A stretch of DNA of 64,000 nucleotides from Chthoniobacteraceae bacterium (lineage in GTDB: Bacteria > Verrucomicrobiota > Verrucomicrobiia > Chthoniobacterales > Chthoniobacteraceae). Under the pieces are notes generated by a model, which saw nothing but the letters and a program-made list of their open reading frames with translations, made no database searches and was not told the DNA's origin. This document shows, piece after piece, positions 38,064 to 44,795 of the stretch; the first letter of the stretch is position 1, and every line of letters begins with the position of its first letter. Made by a program: the position numbers and the translations under genes. Location: NCBI GenBank assembly GCA_037190965.1, contig JBBCKI010000024.1, positions 1-64,000 on the forward strand, written 5' to 3'.

Positions 38064-38706
38064 CTACCTCGCCGGAGTAGTCTTTGCTCGACGCTGGCAA
38101 TCGGCACAAAACCCGGCTGATTCTGAATCGAGCAGTTCAAGGGAATCCTTCGTTTCGTCTGCCGTCATACAGCACCGGGACGCGATCCTCATAGGCGTGA
38201 TGATTCAAGTTGAGCGTATGCCCGATTTCATCGCGATTTTCACCGCTCGTTCAATCAACAATTCCGAATCTGGCGTATCCTGAGAAAGGGGATGTAGGCT
38301 TATGGTCGCCGCTGGTAGTCCGAGGTAGGCGTAACCAAACAAGAAATTGTAGCGCCGACTCGGGACGATGTTTTGCGCCGTCATGCCCAAGTTGACGAAG
38401 GTTCCTTTACGGTGTCGCCTGTAGACTTGAGCAAGGAAGACGCCAGCGGAAAGCCCCTTCCATTCTGAACGTGAAGAGGCGCGTTCGTCCAAATAGGTCG
38501 GTTGAATAACGACAGCCCCACCCAAAGGCTTCTCTGAGTCCAACGCATATCGGACCCAAGATCCCATCTTCAATGTCTCCCAGCCGCCAAATTGCAATTC
38601 CTTCGCGTGCCTCGTGAACAAGCGGTTGGTGGCACTGTGGACAGGTTAACTCGTGGATTCCCACGTAGAGACTACAGAACTGGCAGATGTTAGAGTCTCG
38701 TCGCAT
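38064..38706 (-). pseudogene. Frameshifted zinc-ribbon + archaemetzincin (M54-like) metalloprotease
   Basis: Pieces lie in different frames: CQFC...CPQC and IAIWRLG...; YNFLFGYAYLG...ERAVKIA; EIGHTLNLNH; CCM...FCADC. Confidence 0.75.
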
Positions 38707-38707
38707 C

Positions 38708-39319
38708 CTACCGACGTGCTTGCGCCTCTTGCTGCACTCTGGTTTTACTCGTGCCGGTTGGAAGCTCGTACTTCAACCGGATAAGCCGTTTGTCCGTCTC
38801 GGTAGGCTGCTCAGGAAAAGGTATGACCCAAAATGAATCGTGGTCTAGTCGCGTCCGTTCCTCCCGGTCCTCTGGAAAGCCGAGACTCCAAAGCAAAAGG
38901 TAGGGAGCAATAGCCGGGTTGGTAAATCCTTCTTCACTGTAAATGGGATACCAGACCTCAGCACGGGTGATCGCTTTATTCTGGATTTTCAGTTTCGCTC
39001 CTACCGTCACGCCGTTCCCATCGCCGTTTGCCCGGCTACCCCTTACAACGATGTCTGCTTTCTCATTCCCGTCTTCGATCAGTTTGATCTGAACAGGGAG
39101 TCCTTTCAGGGTCTCGTTAATTCCCTCCACTGCTTCTGCAATTATCGCCCGGTTGGCTCCAAATTCTCCGATGATAGAAAGAGTGGGGGATTTCTCAAAC
39201 CGAATGGATTCGCCCCGCTTTCCACACAAGACATATGTCGCAAGCTTAGGATCGATTGCTTGTACGTCCAAGGAGGACCAAACGAGGGTCGCGGCGAGAA
39301 TCAAAAATGTCTTTTTCAT
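38708..39319 (-). CDS. Secreted hypothetical protein (DUF2927-like), paralog 1
   Basis: Signal peptide. Shares RFEKSPT, GLPVQI, KADIV, PTE.DK..IR.KYE.P.GT with the adjacent gene. Confidence 0.65.
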   Translation of the reverse strand: MKKTFLILAATLVWSSLDVQAIDPKLATYVLCGKRGESIRFEKSPTLSIIGEFGANRAIIAEAVEGINETLKGLPVQIKLIEDGNEKADIVVRGSRANGDGNGVTVGAKLKIQNKAITRAEVWYPIYSEEGFTNPAIAPYLLLWSLGFPEDREERTRLDHDSFWVIPFPEQPTETDKRLIRLKYELPTGTSKTRVQQEAQARR

Positions 39320-39948
39320 TTGAGCGTCTTTTTTGCGAGTTCCCGAACTTTCCATTTGTCGGTTCCAGACGGGATCTCGTACTTGAAGCGGATCGCCTGT
39401 TTGTCGATTTCGGTCGGTGTCATGGGAAGGCGTTCGCCGATATAAGACGAAACACTCCACATGGAATCTTTGCGGATCTTTTCGCCCACATTCGCAAACC
39501 CCATCGCATTCATGATTTTATGATATGCACCTCGTTTATCGGGTTCTCCAAGAGTCCATTCTGGTAGCCAGTTCGAAATGATCGTTGCCTTAAAAATGTA
39601 CCCGTTCTTATACTCTCGATCCACGTCAAAAGCTTTGCTTAACTCAGCCTGCGTGATTGGTTTCGTGTTGTAGACGATATCAGCCTTCTTGTCGTTATCG
39701 GCGACAACAATGATCTGAACGGGAAGCCCTTCCCAGACGGCATTGAGTTCAGAGACGACCTCCAGAATCATTTTTCGATAAACACCGGGGTCTCCGACGA
39801 TTGAGAAGGTTGGGGATTTCTCAAATCGAAAGGACTTTTGTCCTTGGCAGATGATCTCCGCTATAAACTTATCGTCGAGCTTTTCTTGCGCACAGGCGAG
39901 TGTTGACGCGCAGATTGAGAGAACGGCTGCCAGTAGCTTGATTTTCAT
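39316..39948 (-). CDS. Secreted hypothetical protein (DUF2927-like), paralog 2
   Basis: Signal peptide; tandem paralog with ATGA overlap. Confidence 0.65.
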   Translation of the reverse strand: MKIKLLAAVLSICASTLACAQEKLDDKFIAEIICQGQKSFRFEKSPTFSIVGDPGVYRKMILEVVSELNAVWEGLPVQIIVVADNDKKADIVYNTKPITQAELSKAFDVDREYKNGYIFKATIISNWLPEWTLGEPDKRGAYHKIMNAMGFANVGEKIRKDSMWSVSSYIGERLPMTPTEIDKQAIRFKYEIPSGTDKWKVRELAKKTLK

Positions 39949-39974
39949 TGTTCTGTAAAAGTTATCCTTCAAAA

Positions 39975-40715
39975 TCAATTTGTTCTCCGCCGGACTCGGT
40001 AAGCAGAGAGCAATAATCCGCCTGTCATTCCGAGGAGCGCAATGCCTGATGGTTCAGGGACCACGGCAAAGTTGTTGAACGACTGCTGATTTGAAGTGGT
40101 GGACGGGGCATTTCCGTTGAAGAAGAGGTGAAACTGCGAGATTTCAGTCCCTCCAGCGGCGGCTATCAGGTTTCCGCTTCTGCTTATGACCGTTGTCGAG
40201 CCGATTTGATTTACGGCAATCGTGTACGAGGAAGCGCCCGTAAGAGTGAATTCGATGTGGATTCCTTGAGTCGTCTTATTCGCTGACTTCCACCCCGGTC
40301 CATCGTCATCCGTCATCGTGTAACTGGGAGTGAACCCTCCGTAACAGTCGAACTCAAAAAGTAGACTGCCCGAGGCGTTCTCCAGCTTGAACCCGGCAAC
40401 GCTCCCCATTTCGAGCGTACCACTGTAGTAGTCCATGCTGAATGTTTGCCCTATCCCTAAAGCCCCGCCAAATGAACGGACCGCTTGGGCGTTTGTGCCT
40501 GTGCTTGCTTGCAAGGTCAAGGCGGTCCCTGCCGAAAACGTGCCACTGGGACCGCTAGAATTGAGGGTCCAAGAAGAGCCCCAGCCGTACCCGCCATTGC
40601 TGCCGTTGCTCCAGCCCGTCGAGTATGCGGCATTTGCAGCCCTATCGGAAGCAATGGTCGCAGAGTTGCCGTGAACAGGTAGGAGGCAGACCACCGAAAA
40701 CAAGAGGGGTTTCAT
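39975..40715 (-). CDS. PEP-CTERM surface protein
   Basis: ASDRAANAAYSTGWSNGSNGGYGWGSSW N-terminus; VPEP-TM-RVRRR. Confidence 0.9.
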   Translation of the reverse strand: MKPLLFSVVCLLPVHGNSATIASDRAANAAYSTGWSNGSNGGYGWGSSWTLNSSGPSGTFSAGTALTLQASTGTNAQAVRSFGGALGIGQTFSMDYYSGTLEMGSVAGFKLENASGSLLFEFDCYGGFTPSYTMTDDDGPGWKSANKTTQGIHIEFTLTGASSYTIAVNQIGSTTVISRSGNLIAAAGGTEISQFHLFFNGNAPSTTSNQQSFNNFAVVPEPSGIALLGMTGGLLLSAYRVRRRTN

Positions 40716-40784
40716 TTTCCCGGCAAAGCCGGAAGGGCTCAGAAAAGGCGATGCCTTCAATTGTAAATCGCTGTCCATATAAAC

Positions 40785-40876
40785 GCTCCTTTATCGGAGT
40801 AAACAACGGGCGAGGTCAAGGAAATGTGCTCCTTTATACGAGCACTTCCATGAAATGTACCCTTTATCTTGAGTAC
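40785..40876. promoter_or_regulatory. Three repeated operator-like palindromes between the divergent PEP-CTERM and XRE genes
   Basis: gctcCTTTATcggagt (40785-40800), gtgctcCTTTATacgagcac (40826-40845), gtaccCTTTATcttgagtac (40857-40876). Confidence 0.65.
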
Positions 40877-40892
40877 CCCGTCCTACGGGGGC

Positions 40893-41168
40893 ATGAAATC
40901 CGCGCTCAACATTATCGGCTCAAACATTCGCAAGATTCGGGCTTACAAAGGTCTTACTCAGGAGCAGGTTGCCGTAAAGTGTCAGGTTTTGGGCTTCGAT
41001 TTGACTCGAGGCACCCTTGCCAAGATTGAAAGTGGCGTTAGATCGGTCTCCGACCATGAAATTCCATACCTTGCACGCGCCCTCGAAGCCAACATCGAAG
41101 ATCTTTTTCCCACGGAGCTGATTCCTGTGCATCGAGAGCCAAGATTTAAGGGGAGCAGGGATCAGTGA
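40893..41168 (+). CDS. XRE-family HTH regulator
   Basis: IGSNIRKIRAYKGLTQEQVA...TLAKIESG...LARAL. Confidence 0.9.
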   Translation: MKSALNIIGSNIRKIRAYKGLTQEQVAVKCQVLGFDLTRGTLAKIESGVRSVSDHEIPYLARALEANIEDLFPTELIPVHREPRFKGSRDQ

Positions 41169-41377
41169 CTGAGCGCTATAAAGCCGCTGGTCGCTTCTCC
41201 CGCAAGGAATATCTCGAAGAGCAGGGGGAACCCTATGAGTTTGGAGCCGATTTAGCAGTGGATACATTCAATCGGTCCGAGAACTCATGATCGAAGAAGC
41301 GAGCCCCCGGTCCTATCTTCCTCATGATAAAACGAAACAGGGATTTGGACGCGTAGCGGACAACATCCCATCCAGTG

Positions 41378-41434
41378 AAAAAAGCTCGAATTGAGAGCGA
41401 CAGCGAACAATTCCCGACCTCGGTCGAGCTTTTT
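41378..41434 (-). terminator. Terminator-like branched hairpin, possibly bidirectional
   Basis: aaaaagctcga ... tcgagcttttt 11-bp inverted repeat with A/T runs on both sides. Confidence 0.55.
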
Positions 41435-42164
41435 GAAAGCTCATGAAAATAACTTAGAATTTCCGGGCTAAGGAAGTTTTAAAGAAATTCTGGATTATTC
41501 TGATCGAGTTTCTCTGTGGGTCGCTTGATTCACCGACTTCGCGTCGCGTCAAGACGCGCCGCTTAGTCGGTTCATCCGCTCCTAAGTGGCTAACTGCTCA
41601 TTCTTCACAGTTAGCCCAACCTGATTTTTTTGACTAAATCATCGCGTAAGCGAAACGTAGCGGTGGCGTCAAGACATGGTTAGCCCTAGACGCCGATCAA
41701 AGCGTTTTTGGGCTATAAGGAGATAGGTCTCCCGCAACAACCGCTTGCCACTCGCTTGAGTAGCTTGCTGCGTTGTGAAAACGGCAATCGTAGGTCCGAC
41801 TTTCCCCTTGGTAGGGCGAATGCATCCTAGCTCTTAAGGCGAGCGTCCGTTTCCGCTATCGACTCGACCGGCTCGGGAGTCACTCCGATTAAACCAGCTA
41901 GCCAATTTTCGACTCTTTCGAGTCTTACCGTCTCCGGGTTTTTGAGAACTTTCGTTCCGCATTTTCCACAAGATCTAGCCCGGCGCATTGAGCCTCGCTA
42001 AAAGCGCAGTTTTCGCTCCCTCAAGAGACTACTGGCATGCGCACGGCGTCGTTTCCTTATGTTTCGGGGGCGTCTGTCCGTCTATTCCAGACTACGTTGA
42101 CCCTTACTCATCGTCCACCTCGAATTCCAAACAGGGGCTATGACCCATCGAGGCGGCGGGCTAG
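41378..42164 (-). ncRNA. Candidate large (~790 nt) highly structured non-coding RNA (possibly MISL-like or new)
   Basis: No ORF of 60 aa or more. More than 12 helices, with minus-strand GAAA/GAGA/CUUG tetraloops and G-U pairs. The 5' end is closed by CUAGCCCG/CGGGCUAG and the 3' end by a stem followed by U6. Confidence 0.72.
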
Positions 42165-42246
42165 TTATATTTACACATTAATTAATGCTTTTTAACCGAG
42201 AATTAAAATTTTTTATTCCCACGGCATTTTCTGTGTAAAGACATGG

Positions 42247-42813
42247 GTGAATACCCAAGGGATCGTAATTTATGCCGTAGTATGCCTTGCCGACCGACAT
42301 CGCTACATCGGCAGCACCTCAAGAATCGAGAAAAGAGCGTTAGAGCACTGGCGTGATCTTGCCAAAGGAACTCATTTCAGCAAAAGCCTTCAGGTTGCAT
42401 ACAATAGGCATGGGCGTGAAATGTTTGCCTTTTTTATTCTTGAGCGGATCAAAGATGAAGATCAAGTGCGCGAGCGGGAGGAATTCTATATTGCCGATGC
42501 CATCCGAGGAGGAGAAGCATACAACGTTTCACCCGTGGGTGGCAGTAGACGAGGCTATAAACTCAGCGAAGAGACTCGTAGAAAGCAGTCGCTTGCAAAA
42601 ACCGGAAAAAGGCGTCCGGGATTCGGAGCTAAGATTGCGGCGAAGATTTCCAAAGTTTACCGTTTTCTATCTCCAGAAGGTGTATTGGTCGAAACATTCG
42701 GTCTGCGTGACTTCTGCCTGCGGCATGGCTTGAGCATGGGGAATATGAGCCGTCTTGCCAGAGGTTACTTAAAGCAATGTAAGGGCTGGACGGCTGCACC
42801 AACCCTTTCGTGA
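42247..42813 (+). CDS. Free-standing GIY-YIG homing-type endonuclease with NUMOD3 and a C-terminal HTH-like DNA-binding module
   Basis: VIYA...YIGST, catalytic R (IEKR), EH, REE, YN; LSEETRRKQS (NUMOD3); FCLRHGL...KGW. Confidence 0.9.
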   Translation: MNTQGIVIYAVVCLADRHRYIGSTSRIEKRALEHWRDLAKGTHFSKSLQVAYNRHGREMFAFFILERIKDEDQVREREEFYIADAIRGGEAYNVSPVGGSRRGYKLSEETRRKQSLAKTGKRRPGFGAKIAAKISKVYRFLSPEGVLVETFGLRDFCLRHGLSMGNMSRLARGYLKQCKGWTAAPTLS

Positions 42814-43070
42814 AGCAAAAGCGGCGGCTACAGGCATTTAAAAGCGATTGAGGGGCATTTCTGGGGGAGAAATAGTTCACCGCCCCCCGGTTCTCGCAGA
42901 TTTTCCAGTGATTCCGTTTTTTTCAAAAACGGCGGCGGGGCTGTCAGGTGCTAGAAAAAGACAATCTAATGTATATCTCGCAATCAGTTCAACCTATCTG
43001 CGAAAGAGAGCAATGACTTGCGACGGGCTATTGGCTACGCCGTTTTTAACAAAAAATCAAGAAATAAAAG

Positions 43071-43325
43071 TTGCATTTCTGCGGATTTATGATCTTGAGT
43101 TTTTTTAAATTTGTTGATAATGGTTGTGTGTCGATTGAGAACAACGAATCCGAAGACAGTATCCTAGCGTTTCGCTTTAACGCTGAGGGGGAGGCTGTTT
43201 TCCTTCAGCAGTTCAAGTCAGAGCGAGATCGTCTGGCATTGATCTCCTTTGCAAGGATCGTTGTTGACCAACTGAGCGTCGATTTCACCAAATCTTTAAG
43301 CCAACGACAGCTTCATCTTAATTGA
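43071..43325 (+). CDS. Small hypothetical protein (start uncertain)
   Basis: ORF convergent with, and slightly overlapping, the integrase; no recognisable motif. Confidence 0.3.
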   Translation: MHFCGFMILSFFKFVDNGCVSIENNESEDSILAFRFNAEGEAVFLQQFKSERDRLALISFARIVVDQLSVDFTKSLSQRQLHLN

Positions 43326-44489
43326 ATCGACTAAATGCTGATTTTTTTCCATGACTCCCTTCGGTAGTATGTTCCAAAACTTTAGCGCATCCTTGTGGTG
43401 AACGACATCACGATAGGTATTGTACAGGAGAACTGCATTGGGATGTCCTAGGAGCACAGCCGTTGCGCTTGCATTTTTGAAAGCTGCGACGTGATAGCTG
43501 GCGAATGAATGGCGCATCGCATTCTGATGGTATTCGATTTTAGCGCCTTCGCGGACTTTGCGCAGTCGATTTGAGTAATTCTTTGGCGACACCCTGCCTG
43601 TAGAGGCGCAGCATTCCAGCCAAGCTAACGCATTTTTTGGAATTTCATTGGACCGCCTTCTCCCCTTTTTCGCAATCGCCGCAGTGACCTCCACTCGTCT
43701 TTGCTCTAGGTTTATATGCTGCCAGTCGAGCTTCTGTGCTTCCTCGACCCGAATTCCACAGAAGAGTACAAGGACCATGCACGCGCACTCCGCCTTGGCG
43801 TTCGAATCCAGAGCGTGCTGAAGGAGTGTCTTAACATCCGCTGTGGTCAGGCAGGTAACCTTGCTTTCGATTTGTTTTGGTTTTGGAACCTTGGCAAAGG
43901 GATTGAGTTCTCGGGAGATGTAGCCGCGCTCGGCTAGAAAATTGAACAGCAGGACGCCATGTCGTAGATGGTTTCTCCGTGTGGTTTGGTTCCACTTGTG
44001 ATTCTTGTTGTAAATGTACCCCTCCGCTTGCTTGAAATCCACGTTAGTAACGAGGCAGTCTTTGAAGAACTTTTGGAGTGCGCCGAAATACTCTTCGGCA
44101 GATTCGAGGTATCGCTGACTTAGACCGGCTTTGGTTTTAATTTTAAGAAACTCTCTGATTGCCTCTTTGAAGGAAATTGCGGGCTTCGATGGCTTCGCGT
44201 GTTTTAAGAAGAACTCAACGGCATCGTTGAGGGATGCGCCGTAGGGGCGCAGTTTTTCGAGTGCTCCCAAGACCTCATAGCGGGTTGATTGCGCCAAATC
44301 GGACAGCGCCAGCGGGCTTTTCCGTCGAATTTCTTCGTCTGCCTTGCGTTTGAATTCTTGAGCTGCCGCCAAAGTGGGAAAGGTCGGCTGCTTTCTCTTC
44401 CCCTGCACCATGCCCAAATCGACCCGGTAGCTGACGCTCCCACTGCGATTTCGCTTTGGGTGGATCTTTGTTTCCGTCTTCACCTGCAT
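43296..44489 (-). CDS. Tyrosine recombinase/integrase
   Basis: FCGIRVEE (R), AKKG (K), AMRHSFASY, LLGH, YR; adjacent to the tRNA att site. Confidence 0.95.
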   Translation of the reverse strand: MQVKTETKIHPKRNRSGSVSYRVDLGMVQGKRKQPTFPTLAAAQEFKRKADEEIRRKSPLALSDLAQSTRYEVLGALEKLRPYGASLNDAVEFFLKHAKPSKPAISFKEAIREFLKIKTKAGLSQRYLESAEEYFGALQKFFKDCLVTNVDFKQAEGYIYNKNHKWNQTTRRNHLRHGVLLFNFLAERGYISRELNPFAKVPKPKQIESKVTCLTTADVKTLLQHALDSNAKAECACMVLVLFCGIRVEEAQKLDWQHINLEQRRVEVTAAIAKKGRRRSNEIPKNALAWLECCASTGRVSPKNYSNRLRKVREGAKIEYHQNAMRHSFASYHVAAFKNASATAVLLGHPNAVLLYNTYRDVVHHKDALKFWNILPKGVMEKNQHLVDSIKMKLSLA

Positions 44490-44587
44490 CGTGAAAACGT
44501 GCCTCAAAGCGTGTCTCGGTCAAGCAAAAACTTCCCGAAATTCCTTTCGAGGTGTTTTTGTAAGTCTCTGGAAATCAGAGATTTAAG

Positions 44588-44669
44588 TGCCGGGGACAGG
44601 ACTTGAACCTGCACTCCTTTCGGAACCAGATCCTAAGTCTGGCGCGTCTGCCAATTTCGCCACCCCGGC
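44588..44669 (-). tRNA. tRNA-Leu(TAG), CCA not encoded
   Basis: GCCGGGGTGGCGAAATTGGCAGACGCGCCAGACTTAGGATCTGGTTCCGAAAGGAGTGCAGGTTCAAGTCCTGTCCCCGGCA folds as a cloverleaf with a variable arm. Confidence 0.96.
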
Positions 44670-44795
44670 GGGTGATAGGCGAGAGAAGGAAAGCGTTTCA
44701 TGGCGGTAATCGCAAGCGATTTAATGAGCTGTGAGGATTGGAGCCCCGTCCGCCCTGGACCCGGTTTAGGAACGGCTCTCCCTATCACCCGCTGG

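Larger units (their letters stand above)
36003..44641. mobile_element. 8.6-kb integrative element (genomic island / possible phage satellite) inserted in tRNA-Leu(TAG)
   Basis: 54-bp direct repeat at 36003-36056 and 44588-44641 (47/54 identical, 21-bp perfect core), with a tyrosine integrase adjacent to the tRNA. Confidence 0.92.

Noticed and set aside
41785..41820. Group II intron domain V look-alike (minus strand GAAAGUCGGACCUACGAUUG)
   Set aside because: The 5' arm does not pair to form the DV helix, and there is no RT/maturase nearby.
42085..42105. HEARO/omegaRNA-like words (ccagactacgttgacc)
   Set aside because: Only a short word match, on the strand not favoured by folding, and no IscB/TnpB gene is adjacent.
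41378..42813. Group I intron encoding the GIY-YIG endonuclease (plus-strand AGAGACTAC at about 42024 resembles the R element)
   Set aside because: No interrupted host gene and no matching S element/P7 partner were found. Tetraloop and G-U evidence place the RNA on the strand opposite the ORF. A cmscan is still advisable.
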